Shown piece by piece: positions 19,781-29,397 of a DNA stretch of 64,000 bases (the stretch's first letter is position 1; each line of letters opens with the position of its first letter). Both the position numbers and the translations under genes were made by a program. A model generated the notes under the pieces. That model was not told where the DNA came from. It saw nothing but the letters and a program-made list of their open reading frames with translations, and searched no databases. The stretch is from Candidatus Dojkabacteria bacterium. GTDB taxonomy: Bacteria > Patescibacteriota > Dojkabacteria > B142 > WJKM01. The DNA lies in assembly GCA_014729085.1 (NCBI GenBank), contig WJKM01000008.1:163-64162 (forward strand). Direction: 5' to 3'.

Positions 19781-20374
19781 CTAGATTTTATATTTTGCAT
19801 ACAAAACTTTATTTTTCCAGGATGAAACATTATGTGCACCATATTTTGTACCCATTAATTCTATGTTCCACGCATATTTTGAAGTATATTGACGTGAAAC
19901 TTTTGCTGTTAATACCTCAAGTGCTTCTTCAAAGGAAGAGTAGTAAACATTGTTCATGTAACCATAGCAGTTAAAATTTTTCATCGGATGTTTACATATT
20001 CCGGATTCTGCAAGCATAATGCCAACATTTAAACGATAATCTACCCCATTTTGTTTTGAAGTCTCAATAATAATTTTTGAATATCTGGGTGAAGCTATTG
20101 GAGATCCATATCTTTTTAAAAATCTTGTGAGTCTTATTACTTCATTATCAAGTTTTGTATATTTTGACTCAAAGGAATGAATTTCATTTTTATTCAAGCA
20201 CAAGTTATCTGAAATCAATTCATATGTAATATTTTTTTCTGTATTTTTATAAATTTTATGATTATAAAATTTAGGATTAGTGGAAATTACTAGATAGAAA
20301 CAGATGTAAATAAACAATATAATTAGAAATTGGAAAATAAGAATTTTTGGAATAGTTTTCAAAAATTTTTTCAT
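19781..20374 (-). CDS. Membrane-anchored hypothetical protein, possibly glucosaminidase/FlgJ-like peptidoglycan hydrolase
   Basis: N-terminal TM. GIMLAESGICKHPMKNFNCYGYM and YSSFEEALEVL weakly resemble the LESGWG / NNLFGIK core of the glucosaminidase domain. Confidence 0.35.
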   Translation of the reverse strand: MKKFLKTIPKILIFQFLIILFIYICFYLVISTNPKFYNHKIYKNTEKNITYELISDNLCLNKNEIHSFESKYTKLDNEVIRLTRFLKRYGSPIASPRYSKIIIETSKQNGVDYRLNVGIMLAESGICKHPMKNFNCYGYMNNVYYSSFEEALEVLTAKVSRQYTSKYAWNIELMGTKYGAHNVSSWKNKVLYAKYKI

Positions 20375-20575
20375 TTCAAAAGCAGTAAGAATGGGTTAAA
20401 AGATAAGATCAGAATACAAGATTTAAATAGAAGATGCAACTTTTCCTAATTTTTCATTCTATTAAATTGAATAAAGAAGTAAATACTCGATATAGTAATA
20501 TTCAAATTTTATGCTATTCATGATATAAATATTTATTCTTAAGTTCATATATTTTAATTTTTATTGTAAATTCAT

Positions 20576-21172
20576 ATGGGTGCTGCATTATTTATTCCAT
20601 TGTGTCTAATCGGAATCCTAGTCTTAGTTGTATTAGGAATTGGAGGTTGGCTTTTGGGTTTATATAATGGTTTGGTCAGACTTAAAAATATTGTTGATGA
20701 GGCATGGAGTGGTATAGATGTTCAATTAAAGCGAAGATATGATTTGATCCCCAATTTGGTCGAGACAGTAAAGGGATATGCAAAACATGAGAAAGGAACA
20801 TTCGAGAAAATTGCACAGTTGAGGTCTACTGCAATGAAAGCAGATAGTGTCGAAAAAAGAGGAAAAGCAGAAGCTGAGTTAACGAATACTTTAAAAACTT
20901 TATTTGCGGTAGCAGAAAATTATCCAGAACTTAAAGCTAATGCAAATTTCATGAGTTTACAGGAAGAGTTGTCGAAAATCGAGACAGAGATTCAAGGTGC
21001 AAGAAGGTACTATAACGGTACAGTAAGAGATTTTAATACTAAAATACAGATGTTTCCTGCCAATTTAATTGCCGGAATGCTAGGATTTAAAAAACGAGAT
21101 TATTTTGAGGCTGATGAAGATGAACGCGAAAATGTAAAAGTTGATTTCAGTGAAAATGAAGAAAAGAAATAA
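20576..21172 (+). CDS. lemA: LemA family protein
   Basis: N-terminal TM plus the conserved LemA region NIVDEAWSGIDVQLKRRYDLIPNLVETVKGYAKHEK. Confidence 0.8.
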   Translation: MGAALFIPLCLIGILVLVVLGIGGWLLGLYNGLVRLKNIVDEAWSGIDVQLKRRYDLIPNLVETVKGYAKHEKGTFEKIAQLRSTAMKADSVEKRGKAEAELTNTLKTLFAVAENYPELKANANFMSLQEELSKIETEIQGARRYYNGTVRDFNTKIQMFPANLIAGMLGFKKRDYFEADEDERENVKVDFSENEEKK

Positions 21173-21190
21173 TAGTAATGTAATGAAAAA

Positions 21191-21712
21191 ATGCACATTA
21201 TGTTAAGGCTTGAGGAGCGACAATTAAATGAATCTGAAATTAGTTTATTGATGTCTGCAATAAAGCAAATTACTAGTATTTTTTACATAAAGAAGAGTAT
21301 GTGGTCTGCGTACAAATATGTCTATGTAATAATGAAAGAATCGGAATTTATTGGTGTTTGTGTAGTAGTCCCGTTTAAAAACTGGAAAAAAATTGGGCCA
21401 ATAATAATTCTCAATGAGTTCCGTGATCAAGGATTTGGAAGAAAGGTTTTTAAGGAAGTTATTAAAAGGAACCGAAAGAGCAATCTTTTTTTAGGTAGTT
21501 CAAATCCTAAAATTCACAATATTATCAAAGATTTTGGTTGTGAATACACTAGTAGTTTTTTTAAAATTCCAAAGGAAGGTAAATATTATATTCTAAAACA
21601 TCTCTTCAAAACAATGAGTTGGAATTTTATTTTAGAATTTTTCCAAAAGTTACCGAAACGTATTCAATCTGAATATAAGTATTTTTATAAATATGGTAAA
21701 AATGTCAATTGA
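21191..21712 (+). CDS. Hypothetical protein, possible GNAT-like acetyltransferase
   Basis: Motif-A-like ILNEFRDQGFGRKVFKEVIKR. Otherwise unrecognisable. Confidence 0.4.
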   Translation: MHIMLRLEERQLNESEISLLMSAIKQITSIFYIKKSMWSAYKYVYVIMKESEFIGVCVVVPFKNWKKIGPIIILNEFRDQGFGRKVFKEVIKRNRKSNLFLGSSNPKIHNIIKDFGCEYTSSFFKIPKEGKYYILKHLFKTMSWNFILEFFQKLPKRIQSEYKYFYKYGKNVN

Positions 21713-22466
21713 AAAATTAGATTTAACAAACTCCAAAGGGTCTAAAATAAGTACTGTTTTGTCTGATTTAGGTAAAGACTTTATAGTTTTATTGTGCCAT
21801 GGCTATCCATCAAACAAACAGAGGGAGAAGTATATTAATCTAGAAAAAGTATTGAACACAGTAAGTATTTCTACATTGAGATTTGATTTCTCGGGGCAAG
21901 GAGAAAGTGGGGGGGAATTTTCTGAATTCAATTTAAGTCAAGGAATCGATGATTTGCAATCTGTTATATCTTCAATAATAGATAAAGGTTTTCAAAACAT
22001 TGGGCTTTGGGGTAATAGTTTTGGTGGAAGCGTTGCGATACAAGTCACCCCAAAGTTTCCGGAAATTAATAGTTTATGTTTGACAGCTCCGGTTATTGAT
22101 TGGAAAGACCAAAAGTCAAAAACTAAAACTAAGGAAGAAATGAATGCTTGGAAAGAAAATGGTTTCATTAGGATAAAACAAAGAGAAGAAAGCAAAACTT
22201 TAGATATTCCCTATTCTTTCTATCAAGATAGTATCCAGTACAATGGCTATAAGGCATTTTCAGAGATTCAGGTTCCAATTCTCATAATTCATGGTAACAG
22301 AGATGAAAAAGTTCCGATTTCTTTGTCTAAGAAAGCTGAAGAGTTAAATTCTAATGCTAAATTAGTAATATTAGAAGGTGCTAATCATCATTTTTCTGAC
22401 AAGAAGCATTTAGATTTGTTAATGGGATTTTCAACAGAATTCTTTTTAAGAAATAAGTTATATTAA
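21693..22466 (+). CDS. Alpha/beta hydrolase (dienelactone hydrolase / S9-like esterase)
   Basis: Nucleophile elbow GLWGNSFGGSVAI (GxSxG) and an HGNRDEKVP acid/His region. Confidence 0.6.
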   Translation: MVKMSIEKLDLTNSKGSKISTVLSDLGKDFIVLLCHGYPSNKQREKYINLEKVLNTVSISTLRFDFSGQGESGGEFSEFNLSQGIDDLQSVISSIIDKGFQNIGLWGNSFGGSVAIQVTPKFPEINSLCLTAPVIDWKDQKSKTKTKEEMNAWKENGFIRIKQREESKTLDIPYSFYQDSIQYNGYKAFSEIQVPILIIHGNRDEKVPISLSKKAEELNSNAKLVILEGANHHFSDKKHLDLLMGFSTEFFLRNKLY

Positions 22467-22483
22467 TTTTTTAAAATATTACC

Positions 22484-24499
22484 TTGAAGATCAAACTGAC
22501 TAAAGTATTCTTTATAACGATACTATTTTTATTATCCCCTCTTTTCTTTTCTCTTGCACATGCTAGATCTTATGTTTATGAAGAGGTAAAAGTTGATATC
22601 GAAATCTTAGAAGATACTACGATGATAGTTGAAGAGGAAATGACTTATAAATTTAATGGGACCTATAGAGGAGTGTTTAGAGACATTACACTAACAGATT
22701 ATGAAGATTTAGAGTTTTGTAGAGAAAATCCCGAGTATCAGTGCGGAGGTTTTAACTCTATTGAGGTGCTTGAAGTTAGAGGAGATGAGGGAAAGGTCTT
22801 AAATGAAACTGAGTATACTGTTGAAGAATATTATAATGAAGACTATGCTCAGGATAGATTAAAAATTGACTGGATGTTTGCTCCAGATGGGAATTTTTTC
22901 AATGATGAACTCTTTAAATTTACAGTGAAATATAAAGTCTATGGAGGTGTTGGCTTTTTTGAGGATTATGATTTATTTTATTGGAATACGCTTTTTCCGG
23001 ATCGAGATGTTAATATTAATAATGCAATCGTCAATATTTCACTTCCAAAAAGTATGAGTTTCCAACAGGAAGATTTGAGAGTAGAATCCGATTATGAAGG
23101 AATGTATACCTATGAATATAAAGACTTAACAAATACTCTGGAACTTACAAAACAGGATATCGTTCCCTACGAGGATTTTACCGTTATTTGGAAACTACCA
23201 AAAGGATTATTAAAGGAACCTGCAGAAATTATCGTGAATACACCTTTTCTTCCAATAGATCCAACTTACTTCATAAATGGTACTGAAAGAAAGGCTTATA
23301 ATGGAAGAATAGAAGGAGTTCCGGCTGGAAATATAGAGTTCGAAGCAAGGAGGATAGGATATCAAACTTATAATGAAAGTCTTAATCTATCCGCTGGAGA
23401 AGAAAGGGAAGTTAATATTGATATGTCCCCTACTCTACCTTTCACTATCATCTTAATGTGTGTGATGATTGTCAATTTATTAGGATGTGTTGGAATTCCA
23501 GGAAGTATTCTCTGGATATACATGCATTGGAGACGAAGAGGTAGAGATGTAGATAAACCAACAACTGTTGTACCTATTTTTCAACCCCCAGATGATATAC
23601 CGCCTTATCTATTAGGTTCACTAAAAGATGAGAAGGTTGATATGGTTGATATAACATCTACGCTTATAGATGCCGCATATAAAGGTTACATTAAAATTGT
23701 TGAAATTTCCGAAAAATCCTTCTTCAAAGAGGCGGAGTTTGAATTCATCAAGAAGAGGAATTTTTCCGATCTTGATCATGTGGAAAAAAAGATATTGGAA
23801 GATATTTTTAGTTATAAAGACAGGGTTACAACGAAAAGTCTGAAAAATTCATTCTATCTAAAAATTCCTGGAATCAAGAAAGAAATTTATAAGGAAATGG
23901 TAAACAGAGGTTATTTTAATAAAAGACCAGACCAGGTAAGGAATAAATATATTGGTTTTGCAATATTAATTATTATATTTAGTTTAATTTTGCTAACAGG
24001 TGTTTCTTTTGCTGTTATAGTTTTCACTGGAGTGCCAATAGGTATATGTTTGCCCCAATGTGCTCTTTTATTGCTTGGTGTTGCAATGATTCCAGTAGCT
24101 TTTATTATGCCTGCTAAGACTGCTAAAGGTTCGGTAATCTATATGAAAACTTTAGGTTTTAGAATGTATATGCATCATGCAGAAAGATATCGAGTCCAGA
24201 ATTTGACTCCAAAAACATTTGAAAAATATTTAAGTTATGCAATTGTCTTTGGTTTAGAAGACAAATGGGCCGAAACCTTTAAGGATATATATAAAGGTCA
24301 ACCTGATTGGTATCAGGGACAGGGTAGTTTTTCACCTACAACATTTGTTCACTCTTTAAATAGTATGTCAAGTACCACTGCTTCGGCTATGAGAAGTACT
24401 CCTTCAAGTTCGAGCGGGAGTGGATGGTCTGGAGGAGGAGGTTTTTCTGGAGGTTTCTCTGGAGGCGGAGGCGGAGGTGGAGGAGGAGGAGCTTATTAA
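22484..24499 (+). CDS. DUF2207-family membrane protein with C-terminal Gly-rich tail
   Basis: Signal peptide, a large extracellular N-domain, TM helices, then SSSSGSGWSGGGGFSGGFSGGGGGGGGGGAY, the tail characteristic of DUF2207. Confidence 0.65.
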   Translation: MKIKLTKVFFITILFLLSPLFFSLAHARSYVYEEVKVDIEILEDTTMIVEEEMTYKFNGTYRGVFRDITLTDYEDLEFCRENPEYQCGGFNSIEVLEVRGDEGKVLNETEYTVEEYYNEDYAQDRLKIDWMFAPDGNFFNDELFKFTVKYKVYGGVGFFEDYDLFYWNTLFPDRDVNINNAIVNISLPKSMSFQQEDLRVESDYEGMYTYEYKDLTNTLELTKQDIVPYEDFTVIWKLPKGLLKEPAEIIVNTPFLPIDPTYFINGTERKAYNGRIEGVPAGNIEFEARRIGYQTYNESLNLSAGEEREVNIDMSPTLPFTIILMCVMIVNLLGCVGIPGSILWIYMHWRRRGRDVDKPTTVVPIFQPPDDIPPYLLGSLKDEKVDMVDITSTLIDAAYKGYIKIVEISEKSFFKEAEFEFIKKRNFSDLDHVEKKILEDIFSYKDRVTTKSLKNSFYLKIPGIKKEIYKEMVNRGYFNKRPDQVRNKYIGFAILIIIFSLILLTGVSFAVIVFTGVPIGICLPQCALLLLGVAMIPVAFIMPAKTAKGSVIYMKTLGFRMYMHHAERYRVQNLTPKTFEKYLSYAIVFGLEDKWAETFKDIYKGQPDWYQGQGSFSPTTFVHSLNSMSSTTASAMRSTPSSSSGSGWSGGGGFSGGFSGGGGGGGGGGAY

Positions 24500-24525
24500 G
24501 TTTAAATTACCATGGATTAGAAGAA

Positions 24526-24957
24526 ATGGATCATTTAGCAATAATGAAAAAAAGCTGGGGACTTATTGACAAAATTATCAAAGGAGCAAAGATTGCGGAG
24601 TCAAGATGGTATAAAACAAAAAAAGCACCTTGGAATAGAATTACAGTTGGTGATAATCTATATTTCAAAGATTCAGGGGAAGAAGTTAAAGTTAAAGCTG
24701 ATGTAACCAAGGTTCTTCAGTTTGATAATTTGAATCCATCAAAAAGAAAAGAAATATTAGATCAATATGGTAAGGATGATTTAGGAACTTCAGATCTAGA
24801 AAACCAAATTAGGGAATATACCAAGGATAAAAAGTATTGTATTATTGTATATTTTGAGAATGTAAGGATTCTGAAATCTTTTAAAATAGATAAGACAGGG
24901 TATGGCGCAATGAGCGCTTGGATAGTCGTAGATAATATAAATAAAATTAAAATATAA
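24526..24957 (+). CDS. ASCH/PUA-like domain protein
   Basis: KIIKGAKIAESRWYKTKKAPWNRITVGDNLYF resembles the ASCH beta-barrel N-terminal motif. The track ORF begins at 24424, but that N-terminal extension (RRRFFWRFLWRRRRRW) is an alternate frame of the GGN repeat. Start chosen at ATG 24526. Confidence 0.4.
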   Translation: MDHLAIMKKSWGLIDKIIKGAKIAESRWYKTKKAPWNRITVGDNLYFKDSGEEVKVKADVTKVLQFDNLNPSKRKEILDQYGKDDLGTSDLENQIREYTKDKKYCIIVYFENVRILKSFKIDKTGYGAMSAWIVVDNINKIKI

Positions 24958-24967
24958 TATATTTATT

Positions 24968-25342
24968 ATGGATATTAAGCAGTATTTACTAGAAAGCGAG
25001 AAAACTAATTCGCATTTATTTAACCCCGATGAGAGAGCAAAAAATTTACTTCATGGTTCTATAGGTATTTCTACTGAGGCAGGTGAGTTACTTGATCATA
25101 TGAAAAAACATATATATCAGGATAGAGATTTAGATGTGGTTAATATAAAAGAGGAATTGGGCGATATAATGTGGTATATGGCAATAATTCTACGGGCCTT
25201 GAATCTTGATTTTGAAGAGATTTTAGATTTGAATATTCAAAAGTTGCGAAAAAGATATGGAGAAGAGTTTGATGAGCAGAAGGCTTTACTACGAGATTTA
25301 GATGAGGAAAGAAAAATTTTAGAGGGAAAAGAAACTAAATAA
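24968..25342 (+). CDS. MazG-like nucleoside triphosphate pyrophosphohydrolase
   Basis: EAGELLDHMKK and EELGDIMWYMAII are the classic MazG/NTP-PPase EExGD motifs. Confidence 0.7.
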   Translation: MDIKQYLLESEKTNSHLFNPDERAKNLLHGSIGISTEAGELLDHMKKHIYQDRDLDVVNIKEELGDIMWYMAIILRALNLDFEEILDLNIQKLRKRYGEEFDEQKALLRDLDEERKILEGKETK

Positions 25343-25368
25343 ATTTAATTATTTAACTAAACTACATA

Positions 25369-26232
25369 ATGTCAATAAAACAAGCTGTAATTAGCGATGC
25401 AGGTATTTCCAGTAGATTTCTACCAATTGTAAAAACTATTCCCAAATCTTTTCTTCCAATAGGTAATAAACCAATTATTCATTATTTGGTTGAAGAATGC
25501 GCGGAAGCCGGAGTGGAAAAAGTTATCATTGTTGCACGAGAAGAAACAAAAACTTTTTTTGATGATTACTTTCATAATAGCTGTGATGAGTTGGAAGAAC
25601 TATTAAAGAATATGAATAAACTTAATCGATTTAAAAGTGTTAAAAATGTATTCGATTTACCTAAGGTACAGGTGATAACTCAGGACTTAGACTTACCTTA
25701 TGGAACTGCAGCTCCTGTAATCTCTGCAAGGTCATATCTAACAGAAGAAGAGCCGTTTCTTTTTTTACATGCTGATGATTTAGTAATTGCTGATAACAAA
25801 GACTGTAAAGTTTTAGTAGATGAGTATGAAGAAAATTCTGATTATGCGGGTTATATGATTACTGAAGAAATTAGTTTAGAAAGGGTGCATCTATATGGGA
25901 TGGTAAAAACAAAGGGGCAAAACAAAGATCAATTAGATAGAATTGTGGAAAAACCAACCCAGAAAGACACTCCTTCACTTTTAGCATCTTATGGCAGATT
26001 TTTATATAAATACAAAATCTTCGAATATTTGGACATAGATAGACTTGGTAAAGATAATGAATTATGGAATGTTGATGCTTTGACTGCAATGGCACAAGAG
26101 TATCCAGTTAAAGTAGTTAAAAATAAGGGTACTTGGGTAACGACAGGAGATCCTTTGAATTATTTTAAAGCCCAGATTCTTTTTAGTAGAACGAAAAAGA
26201 AGTATTCTGAAATACTAGATAAGCCAAGCTAA
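25369..26232 (+). CDS. Sugar-phosphate nucleotidyltransferase (UTP-glucose-1-phosphate uridylyltransferase-like)
   Basis: N-terminal AVISDAGISSRFLPIVKTIPKSFLPIGNKPIIHY, the GxGxR/K nucleotidyltransferase signature. Confidence 0.65.
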   Translation: MSIKQAVISDAGISSRFLPIVKTIPKSFLPIGNKPIIHYLVEECAEAGVEKVIIVAREETKTFFDDYFHNSCDELEELLKNMNKLNRFKSVKNVFDLPKVQVITQDLDLPYGTAAPVISARSYLTEEEPFLFLHADDLVIADNKDCKVLVDEYEENSDYAGYMITEEISLERVHLYGMVKTKGQNKDQLDRIVEKPTQKDTPSLLASYGRFLYKYKIFEYLDIDRLGKDNELWNVDALTAMAQEYPVKVVKNKGTWVTTGDPLNYFKAQILFSRTKKKYSEILDKPS

Positions 26233-26243
26233 TATGGACTCTA

Positions 26244-27653
26244 ATGGCTAAATTGTTTTCTAAGAAAAAGACAAGTCTAATTTTAACTATGTTTTTAGTT
26301 ATTTTTTCAGTATTGATTGTGTTTGTTCTAAGCAGAAGAAACAAGGAGTTAAATACTAGGACAAACGCCTCAAATCAACTATCAAATTATATTATTCCAA
26401 AGAAAGTATATGTGTTGATATATAATCCAACTTTACAGCTGGAAGGTAATCCTACTCTTGTAGAATTTAAAAATTGGAATAATCCTAATGAACTAGTCCA
26501 ACAACTTGAGAATTGGTTTTTGGTCACTTCCGAAGAAAGAGTTCGTTATAACATAGTCTCTATCGAAGAAATTGATGCTATCCCTATCAAAGAAGATGGA
26601 TTTGAATATACTCAAGCTTCCTATTTAGAATGTTTAGAGGACGAAACTGAGTGTCACAAACCGGACATAGCAGATTATTCGGAAATTTTTAATAATAATT
26701 CTATATGTGAAAAATTTAATAACGGTGAGTTTGATGAATTATGGATGATTGCAGGTCCGTGGTTTGGATTTTATGAATCTAGACTAACTGGTCCAAATGC
26801 ATTTTATTATAATTCCCCTCCATTAAGAGGCACAAGTTGTAATAAACTTTTACCAATTATGGGTTTTAATTATGAAAGAGGTCTTGAGAATATGGTTCAT
26901 GATTATGGACACAGATTAGAGGATACGATGAAAAAAGTATATGGTTCATGGGATAGAAATTCATCAGCACATAATTGGAACAAGTTTGCATTAGTTGACT
27001 CCCAAGCTAATAGTTTTGATTTTAGTGGATGCGGTTTCTGTCATTTTCCACCTAATGCTATTGATGATTATGCTTATTCAGACACGAGAAACGTAAGATC
27101 TTATTGTAATCAATTTTACAATTATCCCAATTTGGACAACTTGAGTGATAATACAGATACTATTTCCTGCGATGTTTGGGGTTGTAATGAACTTGGATAT
27201 TTTAGATGGTTGTTTAGGCATATGCCGAAATATCAAGGCTATGGTCCAGATAAAAAATTAAATGATTGGTGGATGTATCTTATTGATCCCAATATTGTTC
27301 TTACAAACATAGTCCCAGATTATTGCCCAACTATTACTCCTACTCCTACTCCTACTAAAACTGCAACTAGTAGTCCCGTGATTACTGGTACCTCTACAGA
27401 AGACTCGACGCCTACAGAAGATCCGGAAACAACTATTACATATATTCCTACTTCAACTGAAATGGTTACAGAATCACCTATTGATAAAAAATCTGATTTT
27501 AACAAAGATGGAAAGGTTAATATAGTTGATTTTAGAATATTTATCGAATGCTATAAAGCTGAAACTTCGGAATGTGATTTAAATCGGGATACAAAAGTTG
27601 ATCTATATGATTTTGTTGAATTTCGCATGGATTATCTTCAAGAAAATAGTTAA
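26244..27653 (+). CDS. Membrane-anchored secreted protein with Thr/Pro linker and canonical C-terminal dockerin
   Basis: TM anchor and an unknown ~320-aa domain, then linker TITPTPTPTKTATSSPVITGTSTEDSTPTEDPETT. The dockerin reads DFNKDGKVNIVDFRIF...DLNRDTKVDLYDFVEF, a textbook DxNxDGxVNxxD pair. Confidence 0.55.
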   Translation: MAKLFSKKKTSLILTMFLVIFSVLIVFVLSRRNKELNTRTNASNQLSNYIIPKKVYVLIYNPTLQLEGNPTLVEFKNWNNPNELVQQLENWFLVTSEERVRYNIVSIEEIDAIPIKEDGFEYTQASYLECLEDETECHKPDIADYSEIFNNNSICEKFNNGEFDELWMIAGPWFGFYESRLTGPNAFYYNSPPLRGTSCNKLLPIMGFNYERGLENMVHDYGHRLEDTMKKVYGSWDRNSSAHNWNKFALVDSQANSFDFSGCGFCHFPPNAIDDYAYSDTRNVRSYCNQFYNYPNLDNLSDNTDTISCDVWGCNELGYFRWLFRHMPKYQGYGPDKKLNDWWMYLIDPNIVLTNIVPDYCPTITPTPTPTKTATSSPVITGTSTEDSTPTEDPETTITYIPTSTEMVTESPIDKKSDFNKDGKVNIVDFRIFIECYKAETSECDLNRDTKVDLYDFVEFRMDYLQENS

Positions 27654-27668
27654 ATGTTTATTGATAAT

Positions 27669-28871
27669 CTATCTATTGTTTAAATTTGCTTGTCTGCTTA
27701 TATTTAATAGAATTCCAAGAGCAATAAAAATAGTCACAGTTGAACTTCCCCCATAACTTATAAAAGGAAGAGGTATTCCAGTAACCGGTATAAGTCCGAT
27801 ATTTGCTCCTATATGTAAAAAAGCTTGTAGGGTTATCCAAATTACAATTCCACTGGATAGAAGCCTTCCGAAACGATCGGGAACTTTTTCGGCAATTTTT
27901 AAACCTCTAAAAAGTATATAAAAATAAATTGAAGTAAGGATCAGGCTTCCAACTAACCCAAACTCTTCGGCAATAACTGCAAATATATTATCGCTAAATG
28001 CTGTTTGTCCTAAATAATGAAATTTTTGTCTGGATTCGCCAAACCCCACACCAAAAAGGCCTCCGCTTCCTACTGCAATAAGTATGTTTTGTAATTGATA
28101 GCCTGTTCCTTTTGGATCCTGAACTTCTCCAGTTATTAAAAAATCTTTGTAAGTATTAACTCTTTTATATCTATAAGGAGCTAATATTGCTGCAAATATA
28201 CCGAAAAGGATTAGTATAACTAAAATAAATGCTGTCCCAATATTATGTAAGTAATCTCTTCCTGATAAAAAGTAAACAGCTAAAGATGTAAGTCCTATGA
28301 TTCCAGTTGTTGCTAAATCAGGTTCAAGTAATATTAATAAAGATATTAAAGTAAGAATTGTAATAAAAGGTATGAGATCCTTTTTAAGGTATTTTTCAAT
28401 ATCAACATTTTTAGTTTGAGATTTTTGTTTACTTGTCCAAGCAGCTAAATATATTAGAAAAGTAAGTTTGGTCAATTCGGACGGTTGAAGGTCAAATAAC
28501 TTCAGATCTATCCATCGGGTTGCACCGTTTATTGTTTTTCCTATTCCTGGAATTAATACTAGTATTAATAGTAGTATTGAAATACCCAAGCCTATGGCAA
28601 TATACTTGGGGTATTGTTTATAATCAATTATATACACAAAAAAACAGCATATAAGTCCTATTATTATATAAATACTTTGTCGGAAGAAAAAATAAAAGGG
28701 ATTATCTTTAACAGTTATGAAACTTGAACTATAAACCATTAATAACCCAAAAATTGAAAGTCCTAATATTAAAAAAAGTAATGTTTTATCAGGAGTACTC
28801 TTGGTAATTCGTCGTAAATTTTTTCTCCTTTTTAGTATTGTTTTCTTTCCTCTGACCATCTTGGCAATCAC
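27669..28871 (-). CDS. SEDS-family peptidoglycan glycosyltransferase (FtsW/RodA)
   Basis: Ten TM segments and a conserved C-terminal region PLPFISYGGSS. Confidence 0.8.
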   Translation of the reverse strand: MIAKMVRGKKTILKRRKNLRRITKSTPDKTLLFLILGLSIFGLLMVYSSSFITVKDNPFYFFFRQSIYIIIGLICCFFVYIIDYKQYPKYIAIGLGISILLLILVLIPGIGKTINGATRWIDLKLFDLQPSELTKLTFLIYLAAWTSKQKSQTKNVDIEKYLKKDLIPFITILTLISLLILLEPDLATTGIIGLTSLAVYFLSGRDYLHNIGTAFILVILILFGIFAAILAPYRYKRVNTYKDFLITGEVQDPKGTGYQLQNILIAVGSGGLFGVGFGESRQKFHYLGQTAFSDNIFAVIAEEFGLVGSLILTSIYFYILFRGLKIAEKVPDRFGRLLSSGIVIWITLQAFLHIGANIGLIPVTGIPLPFISYGGSSTVTIFIALGILLNISRQANLNNR

Positions 28872-29021
28872 AAGTAGTAAAAAGTAAAAAGTGCCTGTTA
28901 AGAAGTATGAATTCTCTTACTTTATTATTTAAATTAATTATAACTTATTGTTTAATAATTTAAAATTATATGTACAAACGTAAATTACCATTAAGCTAAA
29001 TCTAGGTGTATAATACTATCT

Positions 29022-29264
29022 ATGTCTAAAGATAATAAAAAGCATAAACCCCAATCAAAATATAAAATAAATTCCGATACAATAATCTCAGATATTGTAG
29101 AGTTATATCCAAAAGCTGCAGAATTGCTTCTAGAGGAGTATGGACTTTATTGTATTAATTGTTTTATGTCTGAATTTGAAACACTTGAGGAAGGAGCAAT
29201 ACGTCATGGTATCGATGGCAAGGATTTTGAGAAACTCTTGGAAGAAGTTAATAATCTTACCTAA
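29022..29264 (+). CDS. DUF1858 (hybrid-cluster-protein-associated redox disulfide) domain protein
   Basis: TIISDIVELYPKAAELLLEEYGLYCINCFMSEFETLEEGAIRHGID matches the DUF1858 CxxC core. Confidence 0.5.
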   Translation: MSKDNKKHKPQSKYKINSDTIISDIVELYPKAAELLLEEYGLYCINCFMSEFETLEEGAIRHGIDGKDFEKLLEEVNNLT

Positions 29265-29397
29265 TTATCCCTTTTACGCTCTAAGTTTAATCCGTTTATA
29301 TATTCTTGTATACTGGATATAGTTAAGGAACTAACGAGCTGAATATATAGAGTAATAAACTGTTAAGAATTCACTATGTTATTTAGGATCTTTTTAT

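Noticed and set aside
24424-24525. Arg/Trp-rich N-terminal extension (MVWRRRFFWRFLWRRRRRW...) of the ASCH-like ORF
   Set aside because: It is an alternate reading frame of the (GGN)n tract that encodes the DUF2207 poly-Gly tail. The real start is more likely the ATG at 24526 or 24544.
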